From Octopus bimaculoides (taxonomy: Eukaryota): a DNA stretch of 56,924 nt. This document shows, piece by piece, positions 37,821 to 51,817 of the stretch (positions are counted from its first letter, which is position 1; each line of letters begins with the position of its first letter). The translations under genes and the position numbers were made by a program. The stretch covers positions 4,607,216 through 4,664,139 of the forward strand of contig NC_068992.1 of assembly GCF_001194135.2 (NCBI RefSeq), read 5' to 3'. The notes beneath the pieces were generated by a model. That model did not search any database. It saw only the letters and a program-made list of their open reading frames with translations, and had not been told where the DNA came from.

Positions 37821-39273
37821 NNNNNNNNNNNNNNNNNNNNNNNNNNNNNNNNNNNNNNNNNNNNNNNNNNNNNNNNNNNNNNNNNNNNNNNNNNNNNNNN
37901 NNNNNNNNNNNNNNNNNNNNNNNNNNNNNNNNNNNNNNNNNNNNNNNNNNNNNNNNNNNNNNNNNNNNNNNNNNNNNNNNNNNNNNNNNNNNNNNNNNNN
38001 NNNNNNNNNNNNNNNNNNNNNNNNNNNNNNNNNNNNNNNNNNNNNNNNNNNNNNNNNNNNNNNNNNNNNNNNNNNNNNNNNNNNNNNNNNNNNNNNNNNN
38101 NNNNNNNNNNNNNNNNNNNNNNNNNNNNNNNTATGTATATATATATATATATAGAGAGAGAGAGAATACAGAGAAAACTACAGATTAATAAACACATCAA
38201 TTAGACCATGTTTATAACTTATTCTTTTAATACAAACCATGATATGACAAAACAGGTGACTTATAATAATCCTATTCTCGCATATATTTATAGACTGCAA
38301 CCGATCATATATTGTTTCGTGTCCTTTCTCATCTTCTGTGGCCCCGTCTCTCTGGCATCTGTCAGTATCTGTTTGAAAAGTGTAATTTCATGATTAAGAA
38401 GCTGAAATTTCGTGCAGCAATCGTAAGTAGTAATACCATGTTTTCTCTAATATTTTTCTAATTAGAGATTTCTCTATAAACAACTCTCACCAGTATTGAA
38501 AAGAAAGTCCCAGAAAGAAAGGTGTTTTTAATTTTACGAACAATGAGGCCTCCCATAAAGATAACAGTGAACGAATTTACGAGAGAACTAAACGTTTATG
38601 CGTGACTGCTTTAATTAGTCTTGGCTTTATAAAACTTGCAAGATATTACACATATAAGGATGTATATATGCATGTGTCAATATATAAGCATTCAGCAATA
38701 TGTGCATACATGCACGTAAGTAAATACATGTATTTATACATAAGTAAACATATACATATACCTACTCACGCATATACAGACATACGCATACACACATACA
38801 TATACACATAAATATACATTCACACACACATGTACATATAGGGTTTTCTTTCTCATTTCTTTCAAGACAGTCCTTTAGAATGTAATAAGAGATTTTGCTC
38901 CAATGAATTTCAATTCATTCAATAGATTAATATGCACATATGCGAAGGTGTATGTCTGGATACATATACACATAGTCACATGAACATACACAATTCACAC
39001 ACGCTAGCACACTCATACACACACGCACTCGGCCGCTCGTATGTAATAAAGGAAAAGCAAATGTTGATATTTTGAATGCATTTAATACACGTGTTACAGG
39101 TAATTAGTTAAGAAAAAAATTCCTCTTACACAACAACTACGAAAGTTTAACACTGAAATATCGTGCAATGTCTTAATTGACAAAGGTTGTATGTAAGACA
39201 ATATTTTCCTCTTAAATAATTGCTGGAAACACGTGTAAGAAATACATTCAAATATCAACATTCGGTTTTTCTG

Positions 39274-39275
<2 letters not shown>

Positions 39276-39352
<77 letters not shown>
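39276..39352. repeat. (TAA)12(TTA)13 perfect palindromic trinucleotide microsatellite
   Basis: Strand switch at 39311/39312. Confidence 0.95.
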
Positions 39353-39580
39353 GAGTGAGAGAGCAGTGCGTGCCATCAACGTGACACTGGGGTAACATAT
39401 ACGAGGCCCATTATACTACCCATCATGAATACCCGTATGATTAGGGTACACCAGGCACAGGCATCACGACCATATGTGCGCGACATGGTGATTTCACATC
39501 AAGAAAAAACAGCGCATTATCTCGGAAGGGGGGGGGGCAGTTAGAATTTTCTTCAGGTCGAGTAATCAAAAGTAACCCAG
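39312..39580 (-). mobile_element. Probable non-LTR retroelement 3' end with (TAA)n tail
   Basis: GC-richer block ends ...CTCTCTCACTCAA(TAA)n on the minus strand; family not assigned. Confidence 0.5.
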
Positions 39581-41153
39581 ATTTTTTTTCCACCCTCTAT
39601 TTACACGGATGCGTAAATCTATATCCAATACGTCATTTCTTGGTGTATTCATTCATTCATTCATTCATTCATTCATTCATTCATTCATTCTTAATTTCAT
39701 TTATTTATGCATTTATTAGAAAACGCTATGATCTGAATGGAACTTGACTGCTATATCTATCAGGTCGGATGAACGCATAGAATCTTCCTCGCTGGTCGGT
39801 ATATGAACATGATTAATTCAATAGACTTTATGCAACTAGACTTAAAAAATCGAGCCTTATTCCATGATACAAATATTACGCTACAGTTCTATAGTATTAA
39901 GTGCATTTTCTCAGCAAAAAAAATGATAATGGTCGGACATAAAAGTAAGTTTGCAATAGAAGATATTGTTATTAAAGATTCTAGAAGCTCACAATTCATT
40001 CCATTAAGTAATGTTGTTTCGATCTGATGAAAGTATAACAGAAACTGTAAGCACAACTCGGAAAATATTACTAAATACATAGATACAAAGACGATTACAG
40101 TCATATATCTGTCTATATATATATGAATGTTATGAGTGAGTGTTTGTCTGTATGTCTATATATATATATATATATAAGCCTATACGTCTATGTGTGTTCA
40201 TGTGTATGTACGAATGTATGTACCTCTGTAATCTCTCGTATGTTGTTACATAACGTGTGTTTACAAAATGTCAGTATGGTGGAGGAACAGATTGGAGGGA
40301 AGACTAAAATCCTATTACAATACTTTCGTCCGGTTATGATTGAAGTTCCAGAATCTTGTGCCAACTTTTCCTTTAACCACCATCACGAACATGACACGGT
40401 TTCTGAGCGCTGTCAGTTTTCTACTGTCTTCCATCTTGTCCACAAGAATTTGTATATTCACTATTATCATTAGGTGTGTGATGTATAGTTTTATTCACCG
40501 ATAGGGGTTGAGATAAATTTAAATCCTCATTGATTTCATGTATTCAATGCTGGTTAACCCGCGTTTATTCCCGACAGAAGGCAGTCCTATGATATAGTAG
40601 AATGCAGCTGTAATTATCTAAAAAAATATAGATTGATATTCACGAGTATTTCTTCAGTTGCTTTTTCTTTTAGGATTATAGGGCACAATTCCGCCGAGGT
40701 AAAATGCCTCGTAGAAGCCACCTCGTAGTATGAGATAAAAGATACTGAGATTGACTCTCACTTGATAGTGAAAGACTGTCAGTTGACAACCAGAATTTAT
40801 CTGAAACCCTGAATCAAAATTAGGGTGTCAGAGCTTAATGCAGCCGAGACATTCATAGAAAGCTGTTGCTGAGTCTATTGTTATTGCCTTCGAAGTTGAT
40901 GTTCTTTATTCCAAGGGGTTCAGCTGCAATATGCATCAATTATCATCAAAATTATTCATTTCATGAGAAGGCATTTTTTACACATTCTTTCCAATACTCA
41001 GCAAAGCAAGTTTCTTGTTACACAATTACCTGCATTTCTTGATATGGAAGCAGATCTATAACATTCACACACTGGCTAATTCACACATGCATTCAAGCAC
41101 ACCACAACACACACGGGATGACGCAAATGGAGGATCAAATGCGCGTGTATATA

Positions 41154-41215
41154 CTCTTTTATTATTTCACTTGCATCAGTCATTTGACTGCGGCCATGCT
41201 GGAGTACCGCCTTTA
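41154..41215 (-). mobile_element. SINE family Y 3' terminus
   Basis: CAGTCATTTGACTGCGGCCATGCTGGAGTACCGCCTT. Confidence 0.8.
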
Positions 41216-41287
41216 AGAATGTAGACCAGCCACCGGATGCCGAAACCCGGTGTATGTGCGTGTAGTGTGTGTGTGTGTGTGTGTAAA

Positions 41288-41503
41288 GCAGAATCGTTAG
41301 CAGGCCGGGCGAAATGCTTAGCGGTATTTCGTCTGTCTTCACATTCTCAGTTCGAATTCCACCGAGGACGATTTGCTTTCATCCTTTCGGGGTTGATTAG
41401 ATAGGTACCAGCCACACACTGGGATCGATGTAATCGACTTAAATCCTTTGCCTGACCTTGTTTGTCCCCACTATGTTTAGCCCCCTGTGGGCAATAAAGA
41501 AAT
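41288..41503 (+). mobile_element. SINE family X, alternative 3' tail
   Basis: Family X head and core, then CCTTGTTTGTCCCC..TGTTTAGCCCC.TGTGGGCAATAAAGAAA. Confidence 0.85.
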
Positions 41504-41894
41504 GTATATTTATGTATGCGCGTCTATGTATATGTGTATATGAAAGAACGATTTTATAGAAGGCGTATTAAGGAAACAGTTACCATTTCAAGTAAGAGAA
41601 ATCTTAATTTTTAGTTTTTCATGTATTTCTTTGTTTGTTCTTGTTTGTGTCATTGACCGTGGTAAACAGTTTGACATTTGGCTTATTCCTATTCTCTTTA
41701 CTATAGACATAAACATATTTATCGTTGAAATCCAGCTGCTGGTTATTAAATATTCACATCCAGTGACACACACACAGCTGCCGAAAAATAATAGATACTT
41801 TAAGACAAACAAATGGAGCTCTCAAAACGAATTTCTCAGCTTATATTTTCTCACAGGGATGCACTAGCGAGTTTACAGAATTTATTTCGTCTAA

Positions 41895-41952
<58 letters not shown>

Positions 41953-41953
<1 letters not shown>

Positions 41954-42277
41954 TATTGTTGGTGAGCGGAAACTGAAAGAAACCTGTCATATATATGTAT
42001 GTGTGTGTGTGTGTGTGTGTGTGCGTGTGTGTGTGTATGTGTGCGTGGGTGTGTGTACGTACGTGCGTGTGTGTTTGTGTGTGTGTTTCTACACCCATCG
42101 ATTGACAACCGATGTGGGTTTGTTTACATCCTCTATAACTTAGTGATTCGGCAAAAGAGACCGATAGAATAAGTACTAGGCTTACAAAGAATAAGTGATG
42201 GGGTCGATTCGTTCGACTAAAGGGGGTGCTCCACCATGACCGCAGTTAAATGACTGAAATAAGTAAAAGAATAAAAG
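41953..42277 (+). mobile_element. SINE family Y with internal (TA)/(TG)n
   Basis: GGAAACTGAAAGAA.CC.GTC.TATATAT(GT)n..GACAACCGATG..GAATAAGTACTAGGCTTACAAAGAATAAG..GACTGAAA. Confidence 0.88.
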
Positions 42278-45110
42278 GACACACACACACACACACACAC
42301 ACATACACACACACACAAACACACACATATATATATATATATATACACACACGTACATCTCTTAATGAAATTAGCCAGAAATAAGGGTCCTTAACAATCA
42401 AGAAACTGTATAATCTGTTGCAAACAAACGGCCAAGAAACTTGTTGCTTGGGAACAAATGAAGATACATTTAATTATAGAATAAATAAACATGTGCAAAG
42501 TTTAAATATATACATATATACACTTATAAATTATAATATTGAATACTTCTGAAACAAAAGTACTACGAACATGCTGCTACATATAGCGAAGCCCTAGTTG
42601 TGACAGAGAAATTAACGGGATCCATACGTCTTAACTCAAAGCATTCAAACACTGACAGATTGATCGATATCTATCAACTGGCAGAAGTCAATCCCAGCTA
42701 TCCAATAGAAGTGAAGTTGTACAGTATAGCGAATGAAACTCAGCCCCAATGAAACAGATTCAAAACATTTAAATCAACACTCCTTAGCGTTTCAGGATCA
42801 ACTGTAAGCATAAGGTCACTCCATACTTTATCAAAACCTCACTATGTTTACCTAAACAACAGCTAAAACATTTAACCATCCATTTGCTAATGTAACCTTG
42901 ATTTTCCATTTTACATATGCGCCTTAAACATAATATCTAAAATATATCTAAAATATCGCGGGCTGTTTCAGCAGATTTTCGGCTTATTTTGAACTGGAAT
43001 AAGAAAATTGTGTGAATTTACAGTTTGTCCATGTTGTATTCAACGTTCCAGAAAAAAATGGCCTAATTATTGAAAAAGAAAAAGAGTAACATGATTAGAT
43101 AGAGCGAAAATTGGGATTTAAAAGTGATATATAAAGTCAAAGTAATTTCACGAAAATTAATTTGAAAAATGCATCATTTAAAATCAAAATTAAAAATTCC
43201 GCAAGAAGTTTCTTGAAAACCTAATACCAAATACAAAGGAGAATGGAATATGCAAAGCACTTGAAATATTTGTCAGAAACTTGTTGAACTTTAATAATGT
43301 GTTGTTAGTCTGAACAACTTTGTTATATTTTAACCGAAGGAAAGTGAAAGTGTTCTTGTTCAGTTGAAATTTGTTTATTTTCACGAGTAATCGTTTTAAA
43401 TATAGATAATATGGCAGCAAATTCGAGAAAAGGACGTTAGTCGAAAACAACGGAATCAATGTTTGAATGGTACTTTATTCGATGAACTCCGAAAGAATGA
43501 ACCACTAATTTAATGTGAGCCGAATTTAAACTTAGAACATGAGGATCCATAACGAATAAAATGAATGATATTTCCAAAAGTCTACTTGTGTCACATTTGG
43601 AAATGTAAAATATTGACTACCATCCTATTTCATTTAACCTGTTGAAACCTTTCGCTAAAAAGAAATAATTTCTAACCAATGCGCATATAAATATATATGT
43701 GTGCGTGTGCGTGCGTGTGTGTGAGAGTGTGTATGTGTGTGTGTTTTTGTGTACTTACGTTCGCATGTGTGTGTTTGCACGTTTAGATATGCACAGACTC
43801 ACACACACGCATACACATACATTTATGCATATCTACAATGATAGATAAATCCATTGAGATGTAGGAATGCATGTATGTACGGGTATATATGTATGCATGT
43901 ATGTATGTATGTATATATGTGTGTATGTGTATGTGTGCGTGTATCTTTAATATGCGAGAAATTGCAATGTATATACTGATGTGTTCTCTATGCGCTCCTC
44001 TGTCTTTCAATGCTGCTTGTATAGGCGTATTCAAAATTGAAATGTATGTGATGTTTTGTGGTGTGCATCAGCAGTCTTTCATATATTTAAACATGGTAAC
44101 AGTCATTATTCTTCAGTTGCCGCTTTCAAATTCAATCACGCGCAGGAACACGTGAAGATGTGTTTGGAAAAATAACGGAAGAATTTCATGTATATATATA
44201 TATATATATACATATTATTTTTGATCTTGGACATAATTCATTTCCAAAATATGGTATTGTGTGTTATTTAAGAAATATTACAGTACTTCTAAAATTAAAG
44301 CACTTTCTGTTTGAGGTGTTCGGCTTAAAATAATATTCAGACACATTTGATTGTTAAGGAAAAGAACAAGGATATAGCTATTTGTACCCAGTGAACTTGT
44401 CAATAAAACAGATGAAAAATAAACGGAATAAATTGAATCAGGTCTCGAAGAATAAGTTGCATAACTTTCTATCTTTTCTGTATTTCTAGATAGAATGAAT
44501 GAGCGAAGAAAATACCATAATGCTAGCTATTATCTTTACGTAGATAAATTTAAAATATACTTCTGCTACTAATACCATGCTACAATTGATGGAATCATAT
44601 TGATATTATAACAGCAAACACTGGTATTAGTTTGATGTTTTTCGATTGAAACGTATGACAACCACTGTATTTTGTTGTGTTGTAAACTATGCACTCATTG
44701 CTTTTGATCAATTAATCAATTACATAAATATTAAAAATAAAATAAAAATATGCAGGATAAATTCTGCTGTCACCTACTCGTCAGGCTAAGGATATAAACT
44801 GAACGTTATCAAAGCTAGTCTCGTTATCGATTGCTGAAATTTAAGATATCAATATTTTGCTATCATTTAGTTATATGCACTGAAGTTACCTCACTTCATA
44901 AATATCAGAAATGAAGAAGAAATATGAATAGCAGACAGACAGTGTGCTCTGTAATAACAACCAGTTTACTTTCGAAACAGTGTGAGTCGTTGATATTACG
45001 AAATACTTTATGAAAGATTACCAACTAAACCATGAAAAATTCTTAGTTCATTTATGGTCAATCTACCAATCAGTAGTTGCTTCATAGAAGATATTGATCA
45101 ATTTATTTAC

Positions 45111-45172
45111 CGTGAAGAGGAAAGAATCCGTCGTTTCTGGACATTTCGCTTCGATTAAGATCGATAAAGAAA
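45111..45172 (-). other. Candidate 62-nt exon
   Basis: Acceptor TTCTACCTTCGTTTTCTTCCAG, donor CG|GTAAAT; two of three frames open; no homology recognised. Confidence 0.3.
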
Positions 45173-45271
45173 CTGGAAGAAAACGAAGGTAGAAATCGTG
45201 AGCAGAATTGTGTGAAAGACTGCGAATATTGAACTTTGAGGTGTATTCATTCGTTTACTATAGTAAATTCT

Positions 45272-45281
45272 GAGAGAGAGA

Positions 45282-45361
<80 letters not shown>
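45272..45361. repeat. (GA)~45
   Basis: Directly visible. Confidence 0.97.
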
Positions 45362-45364
<3 letters not shown>

Positions 45365-46374
45365 ATCAGCGCCAATACTGATAGTTTATCGTTCTCGACC
45401 TGATGAATGTCCAGGCGGATATGTGCTGAATTTGTGCTGAATTCAAAGAAAACCGAATTAAACACTGAAAGACAGTAATTACAATATTTCAAGACCACCA
45501 AATTGGTCGCCTGTCATTTAGTTTCACTCATTTGTAAGGAAATACCACGTGTATGTTACACGTCAATAATGTTGTTTTTTCGATTGTCTGTCGATACTCT
45601 CTGCATAAGCGGCTTAACGCGCTGGTTCCATGTTGAAAAGGTGACGCCTATTGATGTGACTACTAGACAAACAAAGACGACCATCCCAATCACAAATAAC
45701 AGCAGCAACAGCAGCAGCCCCGACACCGCTACCATCATCGCCTCTGCCACTACCACCATGAACAACAACAACAACACCTTTGACGGGAGATACAAATAAG
45801 CAGTGCTGCTACGATAAAATGATTTCCTGCCGTTAGCAAGTAGCTTGGCTACTTCGGCCATCGATATGAACATCACCGGCTCCGACTAACACCAACAACG
45901 ACGGGAACAACACCAGCAGTACAAATGATATAATCAACACCAGCAATAACAGTAACGATAAAAATAACTCCTATTCTTGAACAATTAAATTGCAGGATCG
46001 AATCATCCTGGAAGGAAATCAAGCGTACTTGGGTGAAGCAGAAAAACTCCTCGATAGAGGGAATACAAAAAAAAAAACAAGCTTGCTATCCGTTCAGATT
46101 TGATGGGGAAGACGGTCAGATAAACAATCGTATACACATGTGTGTCACTAAAGACGGGGAAGATTTCATTAAGAAACATTTTCAACATCAGAATCTCACC
46201 AAAACAATGGCACCAGCAACTGTAGTAGTGGAAATAAACAACAACCGACCATCCCTAAATGCAGGCGGCATAGATACACGACGAGTTTCTGTTGAAAACA
46301 CCCTATGACACATAACTGATAAAGACATATTCTCATCGTGTGGTTTGTCGGGCGCGGGCGGCGGGATAACAGTG

Positions 46375-46409
<35 letters not shown>

Positions 46410-46414
<5 letters not shown>

Positions 46415-46597
46415 TGTCACCATCGCTTGACAACCGATGTTGTGTTTGTATCCCCGAAACTTAGCGGTTTGGCAAAGAGACAGATACAATAAGAACTAGG
46501 CTTACAAAGAATAAGTGCTGGGGTAGAATTCTTCGACTAAAGGCAGTGCTCCAGCATGACCACAGTCAAATGACTGAAACACTTAAAAAAAGAAAAG
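46410..46597 (+). mobile_element. SINE family Y 3' half
   Basis: CATCGCTTGACAACCGATG..CTAGGCTTACAAAGAATAAG..GCTCCAGCATG.CC.CAGTCAAATGACTGAAAC. Confidence 0.88.
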
Positions 46598-46860
46598 ACA
46601 AAAAAAAGAATAGTAGAGGAGCGAACGTTTTGAAAGATATAGCATGGTATATACATACGTGCGTACCAATATCGCTCTCTTTGTCTCTGTCTATATGTAT
46701 GTGCGTGTGAGTGCGTGTGAGTACGTGGATATATATATATCACTATAAGAAATTATGTAGGCATATATGTATATATGTATGTAGCTATGTATGTGTGCAT
46801 AGATACAGATATTGATATTGATATAGCATGAGAACCGACAATGGCACAATTACCACTTAC

Positions 46861-46923
46861 CCTTGCCGACGTCTGAGTCACCTTTCTTCCCCCTTAGGGA
46901 ATGTCTCATCTTAAATGTTTGTT
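46861..46923 (-). other. Candidate 63-nt phase 1-1 exon
   Basis: Consensus donor AAGG|GTAAGT, weak acceptor TGTTAG; open frame xQTFKMRHSLRGKKGDSDVGK. Confidence 0.25.
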
Positions 46924-48261
46924 CTAACATTGATTAGTAATTGAATCCGTTACTTAAAATAAACTACTGAAAGTTTTATGTTGTTTAATTATGTTCAGAT
47001 TCAATTTCAGATATTGCTTTTCCGAGGAAATGGGAGAAGAATGTTTGAAACGTACTAGAAACTTAGGTGGGCGGGTCACTGAGTTATTGCTTTCTTATTA
47101 AAGTCAATTTCTATCATTTCAGCAAATTAAAATTTTGTCACGTGAACTCGGCCTCTAGTAGTCGACTTCTTAATCATATACACCAAATGCTTCACAGCAT
47201 ATATTCATAAATATCTATCATTTATGATGTTCAGATCGATCGTTAATTCTTGTGCAGTGAATGAAAATCAAAAGCTCTCCAATGATCTTTCCAAGGTGGG
47301 CGGTATTGTGCACGCCATTCAGATTGCTACGTTATAATTGTAGGTTCAATTTAAAAGAAAATAAGCATTTTATCTGGGCATTAGAATAATATAAAGATCA
47401 TTTTAAAATATTGACCAAGTGACACTGAATATCTTTTTTTGAATTTACCACATAATTTAATAATAATATCTTCACATACGATACTGATTGGTGAGCCGTA
47501 AAACTGGCGGAGACATGCCTGAACGAAACAAAATATATCGAACTTATACCTGGTTAAACACCTAACTGTTTCCTTCTTTTTTTCTTCTTCGCTACTATAA
47601 CTTCACAAATTATTTAAATCTTCACGCCAAATATTTCACTCTAAAAAATATGGCACCGATTATTCCTGTCGGCATTAAAGTCATTAGTTCATAGATGTAT
47701 TACTAACAAAATTTTTTAGAAGAAATTTGAGTCCCAGTGGGGCCAAGATTTATTGCTGCTTCTTGTAGAAATCTAGGCGGCGAACGGGGTCACAATTACC
47801 ACAATGATAACAAAGACGAAGCAACAGCAAAAAAGAAAAAAAAAAGATTGCTCATACTGGAACAAAGTCACGTTCTGAGTAACACGAAATACCCCACATC
47901 CACCAAAAGAAAAAAAAAGAAAACATTCAGGGATGACAGCGGTTTTCCAAGAGAGAGATAGACACAAAAGACGCTACCAGCCTGTCCGAAAACAAAAGCA
48001 ACCTCGATCACAGATAGAAATCGGAAGGGAACCACCTCCGACAAATAAACCTATGGTTACATAATAATACAGCAATAAACTTATCGTTGGACACAACGAG
48101 TATTATGTACTAATTTTTTGAGAGTATGATATTTCATGACAATCGCAGATGAAACCATTCGAAACTTTCTCACTATGGAGTTCTCTATCGTCACTAAAGT
48201 TGCGATTAAAAGCGTGGCCGGTGTTTAAGTATATACCTATTCAGAAACAACAACAACAACA

Positions 48262-48445
48262 ACATCGAAAATTACCCTAGGAATGGGTACCCTGGTTCGA
48301 AATTTCCCCAAGACACATGATGATGGCTGGAGGGTATATCAGCCGAAACGCTGTGTTAACAACAAACAAGATGAGGACAAATATCCGTCAAGTGTAAATA
48401 AAGTAAATAATGTACATAATTCCTTATCTCTTAAATATAGAATTT
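48262..48445 (+). mobile_element. PLE-type terminal repeat with decayed hammerhead H7 (48312-48357)
   Basis: GACAC ATGATGA T GGCTG-GAGGGTATAT-CAGCC GAAA CG CT GTGTT: good stems I and II, C3A and U16.1C changes; ends in (TA)n. Confidence 0.65.
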
Positions 48446-49334
48446 TATATATATATATATATNNNNNNNNNNNNNNNNNNNNNNNNNNNNNNNNNNNNNN
48501 NNNNNNNNNNNNNNNNNNNNNNNNNNNNNNNNNNNNNNNNNNNNNNNNNNNNNNNNNNNNNNNNNNNNNNNNNNNNNNNNNNNNNNNNNNNNNNNNNNNN
48601 NNNNNNNNNNNNNNNNNNNNNNNNNNNNNNNNNNNNNNNNNNNNNNNNNNNNNNNNNNNNNNNNNNNNNNNNNNNNNNNNNNNNNNNNNNNNNNNNNNNN
48701 NNNNNNNNNNNNNNNNNNNNNNNNNNNNNNNNNNNNNNNNNNNNNNNNNNNNNNNNNNNNNNNNNNNNNNNNNNNNNNNNNNNNNNNNNNNNNNNNNNNN
48801 NNNNNNNNNNNNNNNNNNNNNNNNNNNNNNNNNNNNNNNNNNNNTATATATAATATCAACAAGATAATAGATATAATATAGGTATTAAACACAGTCGTAA
48901 AGAAGAGATTCCAGTATTTACTACAATATAACACAATATTTTGCTACAGTAAAATACTTCAAGTAATTTACTGGTAGAGAAGCTGTTGTTTATCGTGCTT
49001 TCTTAAATAACTGTGTATTTACAAAGTCTTTAGTGATAGTTTGGTCGATGTAAACATTAATTAGGCGTATACAGTGCAGATGAAACCAGTCGAGATCTTC
49101 ATCTGACTAAATATCCGTTCTGGATAAATAAGCGTATAGTTTAACTAAACTGCTTCTTTTAACAGCAGTGTTAAAATTGTTTATTTAAGTTACTCATGGA
49201 CAATATTTTAGATATTTATCTACGAAATTGCTCTTTCTGTATATATGCATGCACGCATTCATAAACAAATGCATATGTAATACGCACGTCGATATCTGTC
49301 TATTGATCTGTCTATCTATACATCTCTCTGTCTG

Positions 49335-49428
<94 letters not shown>

Positions 49429-51817
49429 TATATATACGTATATACATGCATATATATATATATGTATGGTAGTGTATATATATGTATATACGTACATACA
49501 TGCATATACATATGTGTGTGTGCATGTGTCTACGTATGTATGGATGCATGCATTTGTGTGTCAGTTGTCTATATGTAAGTTATAACATATGCACAACTGT
49601 GTAACTCTGTGTGCGACAAGAAATTTCCAGTGACGATCAAAAATTCGGTAATTACATTAAAACATATGACTTGAAATGGCGGAAATATAACTCAACAAAA
49701 TAAACAACAGTAGAAGGTCTTTCATTTGAAAATCAAAGTCAACTTGATTATAGCGAGATATAAATCAAGCAGACAGCACCATTACATATTAACTAAACAA
49801 ATAGTAAAACAAAAATATCAATAAAATAACAAAATCACATTAACAAACAGGAAAGGAATGATAAAAACGTCGTTCTGTTTATATCACTATATATTTCCAT
49901 ATCATGTTTTTAACAGTTTTGTCCGAGTTTCTACTACATGAGCAGATGTACTTTGGTGTTCCACATGTGTGTGAAGTATTGTCTTTTATGTATGTAGAAA
50001 TACATTTGTATATTAAATCAGATATATTTTATTAAAGGATCAGGCTTGTCATTTCTGGTATTATTCAGATGGTTCCCCTGTTGTGCAGAATATGCGTAGA
50101 GTCAGTCGTGTTATTTTGTCGTGTGGTGCTCTTCTTCAGTATATGCAACATGTTTTAATATCGGTTACTGAATACTTAGAGTATGTAATTTGTGTGTTGC
50201 CTAGTATTAATGGGTTGTAACACTATCGACTGAGAGTTGGGTAAATTTCTGTTGTTACAGCTTCGGGTAATTGTTATATAACGGTATATCTATTTACTTT
50301 TTATGTAGTTTTGTAATAGAATATGTATATAACCTGAGTGCGTGTGAGTGTGTGTATTTACAGCTCGAGTTGTGACCATGTATTAAGTGGTCCTACCAGG
50401 CTTTACCATGTATGTATGCACAAAATTTGCTTTTGTAGTATAATCTGTGTTTTCGCTCATAGTTTTGCACCATGTCCTACTATAAATGATCTTCGTAGAA
50501 TTCTTACATTACTGCATCTCAGCTTATTTAGTGAACTTTCATCATATTTAGAAAGCGTTCCCAATTTTATTTTAATACAGAAGAGAATGTCTATCAGTGT
50601 AGAGATAATTTCAATATATCCGTTGATAATTTAGTCCATTCCTTTTGATGCACCTTTCTGTTTGGACAAGTAGGCTCTAAACCTGGCTGGGCATATCGTT
50701 GTCATTTTCCGTGTTTTATGTCCATGTATCACTTTCAAAGTTGATCTAGAAACTTATATCTTCGGGCAGGGAAAATATGATACACCCCATGATGGTAAGG
50801 TTCACCGTTTGCAACATTCGGTACATGATATTTCAAGTTTTCAAGGACTTCAAGACAACAAACCAACACGGGGACTGTGTCCTAAAGTGTAAGTTCGAAC
50901 TTAAAATTCCACATTCACAGTAGATAGCCCAACCTCTACTATAGAAGTGGTAGTGAAAGCCATTTAAGTGCATCCGCTAGCAGTGTAACAAAGAGTTATT
51001 TATTGGATTCATTTGATGAACAAGTTAGCACTGATTTAACTAGCAAGAATCTTCAACAAAACATAGTATACCAGTGATAAACATTTGCCGATCAATAAAT
51101 GACTGAAAAAAAAAAGTGAATAAGAAATATTAATTGAATGAAAATGCGCTTTAAAATAAAACAAAATAAGAAAAATATGAAAAAATGTCATAGAGAAATA
51201 TAAATATATTGGTAAAAAAATAACAAGCGTATTGATTATTGAACGAATATGCAGATTTAACAAAATATAACAACAGCAGACAAGACATTGATAACAGATT
51301 TTGTATTGTAATTACGATACTTGCGTCATAATAAAGTAACATTAACAATTTAAGACACATATTCAACGCTATATTTTATTGTTCTTTGTATGAATGGAAT
51401 ATATTAAGTGTCTAATAATCGTGGTACATAGCACATTAGTTGGAAGACGGAAAATTAAAGGCGGCTTTAGTTTGTAGCTACGTTTTTTTACGATCTGAGT
51501 TCGAAACTTGCAAAACTTGAATTTAGTATTCATGTACCTGGTTTCGGTAAATTTTGCTAGCATTTGACAGTTCCTATAACATTATTTCCGATCTTTAGTG
51601 TTTTACACGGATTGGATTGAAAAGATCATTAGAAGATTTGACAAAATACAATAACATATTTGGTTACAGACTTATAATTTTGAGTCAAAATCGCAACAAT
51701 GTTACTTTCAATTTTCATTCCAAGGGGAATGAAACAGAGTATCAGTGAATTATGACGGTTCCTTTAATAATACCAGTTTCTCTCCTTCAAATATTTCCTG
51801 CGTGTATGAAGATAATA

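Noticed and set aside
45950-46340. ILEGNQAYLGEAEKLLD, PLE RT-like
   Set aside because: Single loose motif, needs a profile search.
47022-47058. CCGAGGA...GAAACGTA
   Set aside because: Only 2-bp stem II and no stem I; chance match possible, not counted in the U4C tally.
50000-50280. Possible second GIY-YIG remnant (minus)
   Set aside because: Only scattered residues match, with many stops.
50725-50770. Minus-strand CCGAAGA...GAAA
   Set aside because: No valid NUH site or stem I.
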